64,000 nt of DNA, from IMG/VR virus record IMGVR_UViG_3300032038_000061, positions 7,259 through 71,258 of that record, one strand, 5' to 3'. The DNA is from a virus. Lineage: Duplodnaviria; Caudoviricetes. A model generated the notes under the pieces. It was not told the DNA's origin. It did no database searches and saw only the letters and a list, made by a program, of their open reading frames with translations. Both the position numbers and the translations under genes were made by a program. Positions 30,120-40,218 of the stretch are shown here, piece after piece (position 1 is the first letter of the stretch; every line of letters starts with the position of its first letter).

Positions 30120-31196
30120 ATGAATAACATGATTATTGGTGTTGGAAACACCGGAACACAAATCGTAAAACTTGCGGCAACTTCTAAGCTTCTCGAGGAT
30201 GTCAAAATGTATGCAATTGATTCAGTTGCTGCATCTGTTGATATCGACATGATTAATAGAATCACTGTTATACCAATCATCAGTGACTCTAAGAATGGTT
30301 CAGGTCGTTCAAGAGAAAGAGGAGCTGCAATGTATGAGTTTCATGAGGATAATGGCGAATTCGTTGATATGTATGATGACGCTGTTAACTCAAAAGCTCC
30401 TGTACTCGTTATAACATCTGCCGCAGGTGGTACAGGAAGTGGTTCAGTTGTTCCACTTTGTAAATCCCTTATAGCAGAGAACGTTCAGGTTATTCCTATA
30501 ATAATCTGCCCTAATGAAGCTGATCCCGAAGCTTTTCATCTCAACACAAATGACTTGTTCATTGAACTTGATGAGATTGGAATAACAACCTACGCAGTAT
30601 TCCAGAATACCAGAAGATATTCTGATTACGCATTAATCAATCAGGATGTTGTTAACATGATTGAAATCGTGTTTGGTAGAAGATATGATGAAACTGAACT
30701 CGATACAATTGATGATTCTGATTTGGATGTAATACTCAATACACCCGGTAGATTCATTGCAGTTTCTGCAGAAGCAAAGGATGCACAGACTCTTTCAAAA
30801 GAACTTGCAAGAAAGGTATTCTCAGGATATCAACCTGCATGGACAGATGAAGAGGCTTCTAACAATACACTTCTTCTTGCATGTGGTCTCAAAAGCATCT
30901 TTGCTAAAGATGATTTCGACGCCGTGTTTGAAGAAATTGATAAGAGACTTGATGCTGGAAATATGTATGATAAATACAAGAACATTGTTAACGATAATAA
31001 TGATGGAAAATCTTCAGCAACTCTTATTGTCGCAGGTCTCCCCAGAGCTGCTGTCAAAGTCATCAGCTCTGAATACAAGGAAGCTGAAAGTCTTGGTTCT
31101 GGATTGAATAAATCCAAACGTCCAAGTTTTATGAATCGTAAAAAGAAAACGATTACAGATGATAATGGCAAACCCAAATTCAATTGGCAGAAATAA
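30120..31196 (+). CDS. phuZ: Tubulin/FtsZ-family GTPase (PhuZ/TubZ-like)
   Basis: IIGVGNTG, GSGRSRERG, SAAGGTGSGS (tubulin signature variant), IDDSDL T7 loop, basic disordered C-terminal tail. Confidence 0.85.
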   Translation: MNNMIIGVGNTGTQIVKLAATSKLLEDVKMYAIDSVAASVDIDMINRITVIPIISDSKNGSGRSRERGAAMYEFHEDNGEFVDMYDDAVNSKAPVLVITSAAGGTGSGSVVPLCKSLIAENVQVIPIIICPNEADPEAFHLNTNDLFIELDEIGITTYAVFQNTRRYSDYALINQDVVNMIEIVFGRRYDETELDTIDDSDLDVILNTPGRFIAVSAEAKDAQTLSKELARKVFSGYQPAWTDEEASNNTLLLACGLKSIFAKDDFDAVFEEIDKRLDAGNMYDKYKNIVNDNNDGKSSATLIVAGLPRAAVKVISSEYKEAESLGSGLNKSKRPSFMNRKKKTITDDNGKPKFNWQK

Positions 31197-31295
31197 TAAT
31201 TAATGTTTAAAATATTCCTTGGTTACGTATATACATAATTATGTATATACGAATAACCAAGGAGTATCAAAAATAAAATTTAGGAGGAAATACAA

Positions 31296-32240
31296 ATGAT
31301 CCCTACAAGAATCACAGACTCTGATATGATCGTTCTTCACTCAATTGAATCATATCTTGCGTCAAGAAACATTCCACAGAATCTGCCACCGGCAGAAAAA
31401 CTTATGCAATATGAACAGGCTAGAGATTATCTCTACTCCGATATCGTTCAGAGAGTACCGAGAATATCTGCTTATATTCTCTCTGCTGATCTCGAAACCG
31501 ATACTGTTGCTCAGGGTCTTAACATGTCACTTTCTAAACATGTAATGGATCCAATCTTTGTCAACATTCTTCTTCAGTATCTCTATAAGAGAAATAGTCC
31601 TGAAGAGAATAATGTAACAGGTGCTTATCTTGCAAAGGTTCTTTCAAAGAGTCTTGAACAGAACTCCAAAGAAGCTGAAAAGACCCTTCCGGTTAAGAAG
31701 GCTGATAAGGATAAGAAAGAAGATAAACCCGTTGAAGAGAAGAAAGACAACAAGAATGATATGTCATCAGTTAAACATATCTGGGATGCCGTTAATCAGC
31801 TTCTTGGAAATCTTAGAGCTATCGTAAGCACTAAGTTTGCAGAACTGAATGAATATCAGAGTCTTTCAATTGCTGCTTGTTTAGCAATGAATAACAAAGA
31901 CACTATAATCGAAATCTATAAATCTGACCTTCCAATCAGTGCAGAGATATTCGATATCTTCAGAGAACCTGAGACAATCTCAACACTTGTGAAGAGTGCT
32001 TTGTTACTCGACAAATCATCTGTTGTGAAACGTACGCCGAATCAACAGAGATTCCTTGATTCGTTAACAACATGGGTTTATAAGAAGCTCAATGACATTC
32101 CGACAATGTCATCTTACCCATTCTTGGTTGCTGTATATGGCACAGCTAATCCAAAGGTAGAGACATTGTATATCAATCCAAAAGATTGTGGAACAGCATA
32201 CAGCAACCTTTACACGGTTGCTAAACAGTTAATAAATTGA
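31296..32240 (+). CDS. Hypothetical protein (314 aa), tubulin operon
   Basis: AGGAGG SD; central K/E/D-rich linker. Confidence 0.8.
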   Translation: MIPTRITDSDMIVLHSIESYLASRNIPQNLPPAEKLMQYEQARDYLYSDIVQRVPRISAYILSADLETDTVAQGLNMSLSKHVMDPIFVNILLQYLYKRNSPEENNVTGAYLAKVLSKSLEQNSKEAEKTLPVKKADKDKKEDKPVEEKKDNKNDMSSVKHIWDAVNQLLGNLRAIVSTKFAELNEYQSLSIAACLAMNNKDTIIEIYKSDLPISAEIFDIFREPETISTLVKSALLLDKSSVVKRTPNQQRFLDSLTTWVYKKLNDIPTMSSYPFLVAVYGTANPKVETLYINPKDCGTAYSNLYTVAKQLIN

Positions 32241-32258
32241 TTTTAGGAGGATATTACT

Positions 32259-32777
32259 ATGGCAAGCACAACTTTAAGGATACACCCCGAGGTTGAATCA
32301 TTAATCAAACCTATCATCTCGGATATGACAAGAATCAACTACACACAGAAAACCAACCCCTTAGTTGGTCCACACAATGAACCAGAAGCTTTCAAGGAAA
32401 TAAAAAAGACATGTGTTCACATCATCAATGAGAATGGTGAATATCGTCTTGCAACTCACAAGAATTCCGAGGGTAAACTTGTATGTGAAGCTTGTGGAAG
32501 AATCATTGGTTCTAAATTCGATAGGACTTCAATCGACAAGATTATGGATTGTATCGAGGTTATCAATCAGATACTTCTATTTGGTATTCTTAACGGTCTT
32601 AAGGCCGCACCATGTGCATCCTTAATTGAACTTAAGAAGAATCTCCCTGCGGCAGCTCAGCTTCTTGAAGAACTGAATAAGTTTGTATCTCAGGACAACA
32701 CAGCTTCTGAAAGCATTGATAGTGTTGCAAGAGAATATGTAATCAACAACATCAACCCAATAACTTCGATGAGATAA
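32259..32777 (+). CDS. Zn-ribbon hypothetical protein (172 aa), tubulin operon
   Basis: CVH...CEACG motif; AGGAGG SD. Confidence 0.7.
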   Translation: MASTTLRIHPEVESLIKPIISDMTRINYTQKTNPLVGPHNEPEAFKEIKKTCVHIINENGEYRLATHKNSEGKLVCEACGRIIGSKFDRTSIDKIMDCIEVINQILLFGILNGLKAAPCASLIELKKNLPAAAQLLEELNKFVSQDNTASESIDSVAREYVINNINPITSMR

Positions 32778-32818
32778 TTGAAGTTATGTGTTTACGCGTA
32801 ATCACATAATATGAATTA

Positions 32819-32847
32819 TTAATGGCGGGGATTATCCCCGCCATTAA
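32819..32847. terminator. Bidirectional terminator hairpin between convergent genes
   Basis: TTAATGGCGGGGATTATCCCCGCCATTAA, followed by a T-rich tract. Confidence 0.8.
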
Positions 32848-32869
32848 TATATTCTTTTTTTTTCTTTCT

Positions 32870-34150
32870 TTAGTTACTACACAAATTCATTACTGTTTGG
32901 GCAATGAATAATCTGCTATTTAGATTTAATATAACATGGGATACTGAATTAGCTCGATAGAATTGATTAATATGTGCTCCTCTAATAGGAGATTCAAATG
33001 TCAAATTATATCGGGTATTTATATTCATCTTGCCTATATCAAAACCTACACCAGAGATATCTATCTTTGTCATTTTCTCTATTATTCTTGCAGACACCAT
33101 ATCAAGAACATATGGATTTAAAGTTTTGTGTAATAATGTCGGTAATGAAGGGAATAAATTATTATTATTATCATCAATCATCCAATTATTTTCTGAATTT
33201 TCGTATAACTTCGTAAGTTCATTAGTATCAACTGATAATGTATTTAAGTCAATAGCACTAATCAATTTGGTATTCAAAGTTCTTTCAATATCAGTTATTG
33301 ATAATACAGAAACATTATTTGATTTAACAGACATCATATATTCATTTGATGATAATCGTTTCATCCCACCCATGTCTGAATTATTCTTATAACTATTTAC
33401 GTATATTGATAATACATTACCATTTGAAATATTATTCACATCTGTATTGCATACATGTATACCTTCTCCGATATCACTGTATACCTGAGAGCCTTTCTTG
33501 TATAAACCATACTTATTGTCAAAGAAAGACAACATTTGATTCACATTCAAATTAGGTATAAGAATTTGATCATATTTTACAGGATTTATCAATGGATCTA
33601 TCATTACATCACCAAATCTATTTGGTAAATTATATTGTATTATAGAATCAAGGGACATATTTTTCCATATAGATGGAACTCGTTTACGCATATGATGTAT
33701 GAGTAATTCATCATAACAGTATAATTCAATTGGTACTTTGTTATTCGTATTCAGCGATGAATCTTTTTTTATTCCTTCTGGATATTGATCTGCAAATGAA
33801 GTAGGTGTATTCTTATTCTGAATATAACAATTCAGATTGATTGATATACTTTTTCCTGCTGATACTTGTACAGGAGAACTTCCTTCTTCACCCATTCTAT
33901 ATATTCCAGCATCCATATTCATTGATATCATAATGCTATCTGAATACGTTGTTAATTTTTCCAAAATACTCAGATCAGAATACAATCTTACACGTATAAT
34001 AGGATATGTCATATTATCATATTGATTTATTATTGATATAGAAATTATGTCTGAACGAGATATTTCTATTATCTCGGTTGATTCAAATACATTTACAGCA
34101 AGTCTCATTGATATATCATATAATGTAGAATATCTGTCTGACGAAGCCAT
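32870..34150 (-). CDS. Possible baseplate hub protein (T4 gp27/P2 gpD-like)
   Basis: 426 aa with a beta-rich pattern; IISISIINQYDN..YPIIRVRL near the N-terminus; YRANSVSHVI at the C-terminus. Confidence 0.35.
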   Translation of the reverse strand: MASSDRYSTLYDISMRLAVNVFESTEIIEISRSDIISISIINQYDNMTYPIIRVRLYSDLSILEKLTTYSDSIMISMNMDAGIYRMGEEGSSPVQVSAGKSISINLNCYIQNKNTPTSFADQYPEGIKKDSSLNTNNKVPIELYCYDELLIHHMRKRVPSIWKNMSLDSIIQYNLPNRFGDVMIDPLINPVKYDQILIPNLNVNQMLSFFDNKYGLYKKGSQVYSDIGEGIHVCNTDVNNISNGNVLSIYVNSYKNNSDMGGMKRLSSNEYMMSVKSNNVSVLSITDIERTLNTKLISAIDLNTLSVDTNELTKLYENSENNWMIDDNNNNLFPSLPTLLHKTLNPYVLDMVSARIIEKMTKIDISGVGFDIGKMNINTRYNLTFESPIRGAHINQFYRANSVSHVILNLNSRLFIAQTVMNLCSN

Positions 34151-34233
34151 TTATACCAATCCTCCTTTGTTGAACGGCTTGATAATTGTCAACCTTAATG
34201 GTTGAAAATAATTTATGAAAGGCAGGAAAATTT

Positions 34234-35181
34234 ATGCTAAAAATAATTCAAGAGGCATCTGTGCCAAGGTTATCTCAGACGCCTTTATATATGAAAGCTA
34301 ATACAACATCCAATGTTACTGCAGCTATTCAGTCAGAAATAGCACAGTCATCGCAGACTACTGTAACCCCAGATAAGTTAACTGAAATATTGTCATTGAT
34401 GAGATTAAATGGTGATGCTATTGTAAAGAAAGCAGTTACTGCGTATCAGAATGGAGATATAGTAATCATATTCAATAAAGCTACATCTAAAGTACCTTTG
34501 ACAATTCCTTATATTGTAATAAATAATGGAGGACATCCTAAGGCATATGTATTTGCAGATAAAGTTGTGAATAATATTACAGCACCTAATGAATATACAA
34601 ATTTAATGGCTGCTTTAGAAGCAGCCTACCTTGCATTGATGTTAAGAACTAAACCAGACATACTACTGATGAATGGACAGTTGATGTTAACTTTGTGTAA
34701 CATATATGCTTTGATGGCAGGGTCTCCTTTGGAACAAAAAGCCTATATAAAAGGAGAAAATTTGACAAAGGTTATGTTATATATAATTACATATTTCTAC
34801 AAGATGTTCCGCGGTGATAATATAACTCCTGAAAATATCCCTTATAAGAAAATTCTCAGTGATAAAGTAGATCCATCTGTTGTACAAGAAATCATTAATG
34901 AAGTTAAATCATTATCCGAAGGGACTGGATTCTTGGATTTAGTAAAACTCATAAAGAAGATAAATCCAGTAAGATATGAAAAACTTGATACAATGTATCT
35001 ATTGTATTTTTCACAGACATGTGGAATATCATTGACATTTGCATTGGAGAATATAGAATACTTATTCTTATTAGTATCCTCAGCATCATACAAAACTAAC
35101 ATCACTCAATATGGATTGAATAAAACTGTTGGTTTATTATGTAGAAAAGCAATAACACAATTAGCCACTACAAATCTATGA
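34234..35181 (+). CDS. Hypothetical protein (315 aa), probably virion-associated
   Basis: First gene of the operon containing the portal. Confidence 0.65.
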   Translation: MLKIIQEASVPRLSQTPLYMKANTTSNVTAAIQSEIAQSSQTTVTPDKLTEILSLMRLNGDAIVKKAVTAYQNGDIVIIFNKATSKVPLTIPYIVINNGGHPKAYVFADKVVNNITAPNEYTNLMAALEAAYLALMLRTKPDILLMNGQLMLTLCNIYALMAGSPLEQKAYIKGENLTKVMLYIITYFYKMFRGDNITPENIPYKKILSDKVDPSVVQEIINEVKSLSEGTGFLDLVKLIKKINPVRYEKLDTMYLLYFSQTCGISLTFALENIEYLFLLVSSASYKTNITQYGLNKTVGLLCRKAITQLATTNL

Positions 35182-35203
35182 TATATGAAAGAAGGTGTTT
35201 ATA

Positions 35204-37813
35204 ATGCCATTTAATAATGATGAAAAGAAGAATAATGGAATAAACATCGTAACTGACAGGAATATTGTTAATAAGACTATTGATGAAACTAAACGAATGG
35301 TCAATGACTTAGTCAATCAAGGTTATACATATACTAACAATGGTAAGATCATTGACAAACATACTGAGATGGGCAGGCATCTAGATTATCCCATTGATTA
35401 TTCAAATGGAGAAAATAATACTGGATATAGAACAGATAACGTTTTCAATTCATCAAATAATGTCACTGATGGTTATCGTAAAGGATCACCTCCTTATGTA
35501 AAAGGAGAAGCAAGGGAGATAACAGTCTCTGATCATGACAGAAATAGTATTCAACCTAATGTGAATACCAATGATGATGTATCTTTTAATGGAGATGAGT
35601 TCTTTGTTAAAAATACATCAGGTCATTTCATTAAAGATATGATTGAAGGTCCGGGTTTTAATCCAGATGGACCAACAAGTAGAGTTGCCTTTGATAGTAA
35701 TAATAAAGAAATTGTTGCTCCTGTATTTTCAGGAGCAACAACATCGGTTAATCCATTGAATGATGAAACAACTGCGAAGATGTTGAAAAGTGGTACTTTA
35801 TCTAAATATATAGAAGAAGATTATAAGGAACAAGAACTCGGTACTTATAATACACCACCCATATCTCCAATGCAACCATTTCAAAGACTCAATAGAAGAG
35901 ATAAACAATTCTTATCAGATGAAGCTGTTTTTAAATCATATAATAGAACCAAATTACCAATTGCAGATTCAGTATTCCGTAAAGGATTTAGACATATATT
36001 CTTTACACGTCCAGAATGTTATTTAACATATAAAGCTGGAAATACGATAGAGTTATGTGATCAAGCTTTCTATGATGAAGACTTCTCATCAGCATGGTCA
36101 AGAATGCCACATATCATAAAATTATTATCTCCTTATTATGTAACTGGATCATTCCAATCTGGTAATAATGATGAAATGTGGAATTATCTATTATGCAATC
36201 AAGTGCAGGGAATGAATGCAGGTACTTTCAGTATGTCTGTTTATGATAATATTGCAAAGAGTCCAGAAGGATTTACAGTTACTCCAGCAATGCATGTTGA
36301 TTCGCGTCAAGGATCTACAATCGAATTATCTTTTAATGATACAAAAAATCTTGAAGTATTTGAGATGTTGAGACTATGGCAATTATACATGTATAAACGC
36401 CGTAAAGGTGTATTCGCTCCACCATTCAATGGATATGTTAAGAACAATACATTCATGCCAGTTCCTGATGGTGGCAAAGCATTAGAAGGTGTCATTGATT
36501 ATACTCAAAGACATCCTTATGATAGAGCTTTGGAATATTGTGCATCTTTGTATGATATCGTGACAAATGAAACAGGTACCAAGATATTGTATTGGTGTAA
36601 ATACTATGGAATATATCCAACACAGGTATCACCGTCATTATCAAATTCAGAGAATAAACCAATAACAGATATGAAAGTTAGTGCCACATTCAAGTATCAT
36701 TACAGATTAGAGAATGTTAATAAAACATTAATTGAATTTAATTATAATGCAGGAATAACCAATGAATTGGGTTCTATTATTAAGACTAATATTAAAAACT
36801 CTATGCCTTTTTTATTGAGAAATCAATACGATAATCCAATATTACCTAAATACATTGGTGCATCTGGAATGTTCACTGGTTCTCCTTATATAGTAATGGC
36901 TAAAACCCGACCAGATCCAACAGATTCTTCTAATATCATAATAACTCCTAATCTGAGATTTATGAATGTTTCTGATATTGAATTGGATGGAAATATCAAT
37001 GCTGGATTGACCAATGTTCGTGAGAGAGATAATAAAGCAATAGGTACATCTACAGAAGCATTGGCGAAGACCGTACAAGCAACATCAAAATCCCAAAAAT
37101 CAATACTTAAAGATTATGAAAAGTTGAGATATTCAACCATACATCAGCAAGAAGAACGAGATGCATTAGAAGTAGCTCGTCAACAAGTTAAATTAGCAAT
37201 CGAAAAAGACATGCAAAAAATTACTGATAACGTGGCACAAACATCAGATATTTCTCCTTCATCAGAAGATGAAGTTAATAATTTAATATCTCAAGATGAT
37301 ATAAATAGACAGATTGATAGTAATATGTGGGAATACAAAGAATATGGTTATGTCAAATCAGAATATACGAAGAACCAACAAAAAGCAATAGGTTTTATCG
37401 TGAGTTACTATGGAGCACAACCAAGTGAAGCTGCTGATTTGGTATATGTTTATAAATTCGATGATAAAGAATCTGTTTATGAATATATGACAAATGTACG
37501 TTCAGAAACTGGAATGACTGATTATCAAGCTATTCGTAAACAGATTGAAGAAATGTATGAGAACACTCCCAGCTATACTCGTGAATTACTTACAGATTCA
37601 AGTATTCTCAGAAGTAAAGTTGCGGCATTGGTAATTTCTGCCGATGATGATGTTAAAATAAAAATACCAGAAGATGAAGATAGATATAAATTAGCATCAG
37701 GAGCAACTGCAAAAGTTCCTGAAGATGCTACAACACATGATGGATCAGATGGACAGATTGCTGCGGTAACATTAGATGGTAAAATAGATAATGGTGTGAC
37801 AGCAATGATGTAA
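35204..37813 (+). CDS. Virion structural protein with a tail-tube-like domain (gp54-like) and long extensions
   Basis: IFFTRPECYL; STIELSFNDT..LEVFEMLRLW; LYDIVTNETGTKILYWCKYYGIYP pattern parallels tube proteins; ATG 35204 follows GAAGG. Confidence 0.45.
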   Translation: MPFNNDEKKNNGINIVTDRNIVNKTIDETKRMVNDLVNQGYTYTNNGKIIDKHTEMGRHLDYPIDYSNGENNTGYRTDNVFNSSNNVTDGYRKGSPPYVKGEAREITVSDHDRNSIQPNVNTNDDVSFNGDEFFVKNTSGHFIKDMIEGPGFNPDGPTSRVAFDSNNKEIVAPVFSGATTSVNPLNDETTAKMLKSGTLSKYIEEDYKEQELGTYNTPPISPMQPFQRLNRRDKQFLSDEAVFKSYNRTKLPIADSVFRKGFRHIFFTRPECYLTYKAGNTIELCDQAFYDEDFSSAWSRMPHIIKLLSPYYVTGSFQSGNNDEMWNYLLCNQVQGMNAGTFSMSVYDNIAKSPEGFTVTPAMHVDSRQGSTIELSFNDTKNLEVFEMLRLWQLYMYKRRKGVFAPPFNGYVKNNTFMPVPDGGKALEGVIDYTQRHPYDRALEYCASLYDIVTNETGTKILYWCKYYGIYPTQVSPSLSNSENKPITDMKVSATFKYHYRLENVNKTLIEFNYNAGITNELGSIIKTNIKNSMPFLLRNQYDNPILPKYIGASGMFTGSPYIVMAKTRPDPTDSSNIIITPNLRFMNVSDIELDGNINAGLTNVRERDNKAIGTSTEALAKTVQATSKSQKSILKDYEKLRYSTIHQQEERDALEVARQQVKLAIEKDMQKITDNVAQTSDISPSSEDEVNNLISQDDINRQIDSNMWEYKEYGYVKSEYTKNQQKAIGFIVSYYGAQPSEAADLVYVYKFDDKESVYEYMTNVRSETGMTDYQAIRKQIEEMYENTPSYTRELLTDSSILRSKVAALVISADDDVKIKIPEDEDRYKLASGATAKVPEDATTHDGSDGQIAAVTLDGKIDNGVTAMM

Positions 37814-37832
37814 TGCATAATAATGAAAGGAG

Positions 37833-40217
37833 TTGACTATATTGCCAGTTTCAAATAATGATGAACTGTTACGTTCTTTGATGTTGGATGTAACAGGCGA
37901 GGATATATTAGTAAAGAAAGATGATATCGTTGATACAATTTCAGATATTCTTCATGAATATAACTTAAGTACAGACATGTCATTTGTTGAAAAAATGGCA
38001 TTGTTGAAGTTTGGTGACGGTAAAGAAAACAATGCAGAAATTGCAGAATTGCCATCTGAATTAAAGGATGCTGCATATCTCCCAGTCAATACAATTGCAG
38101 ACATAACCCTTCGTCAAGATATTGATATGATCATTTCTCAGATACCTGAATGGTTTGTTGCATTAACAACTACTCGTGATGCTATATGTGAATCTGATGT
38201 TGTTGATGGAACATTATCCAGAGATATCAAATTCAATCGTTCTAAATTATCTGAACAAGAGCAAGGAAATATCATATCTAAAATTGAGGAAGTTGAAGAT
38301 AAATTGGATCTTCATTCTATAATAAAGAATCATGTTGTATTTAATACACTGGAATATGGGGAAGGTGCTATATATGCAATACCATATGCAAAAGTATTCC
38401 AAGATTTATACAAGTATCGTATATCACATAATTCAAAACATGATAATACTCCTACCAATCTTGACATGACAGAAACATCATCTGTATTAAATGGATATGG
38501 CTTTGGAGAATCTGCTATTGAAATATCCCTTAGTGATACAATAATAAATGATTCTAGTACAAATAATAAAAATACCAAAAAGAATAAAAAGAGCAAAGCA
38601 GGTATATTTACAGAAGCTGAAATACTCGAGATTCGTCCTGGATATCACACAATCCCATTAAATGATGATAAGGGTGACTTATATAAAATACAACAAGAAC
38701 AAGATCAAATATTTGATGAATCTATGGAATATATTGCAAATAATATTCGTTACATAGAAGAGGATATTGCATTACCAGTAATAGAAGAATCTGCTCATGA
38801 TTTAAGATATGTATATGAAGTTAAATACCATGATAGACCTGATTATGTTCAAGAATTTAACAACTTCTTTGAATATGTAATGGAATCGAATATTGAGCAA
38901 GAAAATATTGAAAATAATTTTGAGAATATCAAAGGAATATATTTGAAAGTATTACCAATGACGAAACTGATTCCTATTCGTGTAGATCGTCAAATTATTG
39001 GATATTATTATATATCTGATTTAACACGTCCTGAAGAAGCGGGTCAACGTCGTAATTCTGGATTAACCGGATATACATTACGTTCTCCATCGGTTGGATT
39101 TGATACATTCTCACCAGATAGAATGTTCTGTGAGAAACTTGCATCAAAGATAATAAATAATTTCAATCTTAAATTTATGAAGGATAATTTGGCATTACAT
39201 CAACAGATCGTGTCTATACTTCAATGTCATAAGTTTAATGAAGCAATGATGAGATTTGTGTTCATACCAGCTGAACATGTCATACAATGTGCTATTAACA
39301 AAGATGGTGTTGGTAAGGGTCATTCTATGTTGGAACCTGGATTGATAACTGCAAGAATGTATATGTTCCTTAAACTATATTCCATTTTATTCCAGATTAA
39401 CAATTCTCAAATCAGAGTATATAATCTACGTATGAGTGGTATTGACAAGAACTTCAAAGGAATGGTTAATGATACAATAAGAAAGTTAGCCGCAAGAAGA
39501 GTTACTGTAAATGATATATTCAATTATCGTTCATCAATGACAAAAGTAAGTGGTGGATCTGAATTGATAATGCCTATGGGTGCGGGAGATCAAGCACCAT
39601 TGACAATAGAATCAATACCACCTGCAGAGACTCCTATAAACAATGAACTGTTAGAGCAATTGAAAAATGAATCAATAAATGCAACTGCAGTCCCTTCATT
39701 GATGGTACAAACCGGAGGACAGTCTGAAATAGAATTTGCAAAAGAAACTGAATTAGCAAATACCCGTTTCAATACATTAATTTCTTCATGTAAAATTGAA
39801 CTCAATCGAGATATCACTCGTCTATATAGATTGATATTAAGATGGGAAACTGATATTGATCCATTAATAATCAAGGATTTGAAGTATATGTTTAAGATGC
39901 CTACTGCAAAGACCTTGAATGTTACAGTAGAAATGTTAAACAACTTTACAGCATTAAGAGATACCACATTGCCTATATTCTTAAAACCAGAAGAATTAAA
40001 ACCACCTGGGGATGATGGAGAAGGATTATCAGAAACAGCTCGTGAGTTTACAAAACTATTATTGTCAGAATACATTCCTCAACTTAACATTGATCATTTT
40101 GATGAATTGGCAGACATGGCTCGTGATGCTGCTAATAAGACAAGAATGTTCCAAACAAATAATGCTGAAAATGTTCTTGATACAGGATTGGAAAATGGTG
40201 AAGAAGGGATGATGTAA
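37833..40217 (+). CDS. Probable portal protein
   Basis: 794 aa; LEYGEG, IRVYNLR, EIEFAKETELANTRFNTLISSCK pattern like T4 gp20-type portals; near the terminase; likely start TTG 37842. Confidence 0.6.
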   Translation: MTILPVSNNDELLRSLMLDVTGEDILVKKDDIVDTISDILHEYNLSTDMSFVEKMALLKFGDGKENNAEIAELPSELKDAAYLPVNTIADITLRQDIDMIISQIPEWFVALTTTRDAICESDVVDGTLSRDIKFNRSKLSEQEQGNIISKIEEVEDKLDLHSIIKNHVVFNTLEYGEGAIYAIPYAKVFQDLYKYRISHNSKHDNTPTNLDMTETSSVLNGYGFGESAIEISLSDTIINDSSTNNKNTKKNKKSKAGIFTEAEILEIRPGYHTIPLNDDKGDLYKIQQEQDQIFDESMEYIANNIRYIEEDIALPVIEESAHDLRYVYEVKYHDRPDYVQEFNNFFEYVMESNIEQENIENNFENIKGIYLKVLPMTKLIPIRVDRQIIGYYYISDLTRPEEAGQRRNSGLTGYTLRSPSVGFDTFSPDRMFCEKLASKIINNFNLKFMKDNLALHQQIVSILQCHKFNEAMMRFVFIPAEHVIQCAINKDGVGKGHSMLEPGLITARMYMFLKLYSILFQINNSQIRVYNLRMSGIDKNFKGMVNDTIRKLAARRVTVNDIFNYRSSMTKVSGGSELIMPMGAGDQAPLTIESIPPAETPINNELLEQLKNESINATAVPSLMVQTGGQSEIEFAKETELANTRFNTLISSCKIELNRDITRLYRLILRWETDIDPLIIKDLKYMFKMPTAKTLNVTVEMLNNFTALRDTTLPIFLKPEELKPPGDDGEGLSETAREFTKLLLSEYIPQLNIDHFDELADMARDAANKTRMFQTNNAENVLDTGLENGEEGMM

Positions 40218-40218
40218 T

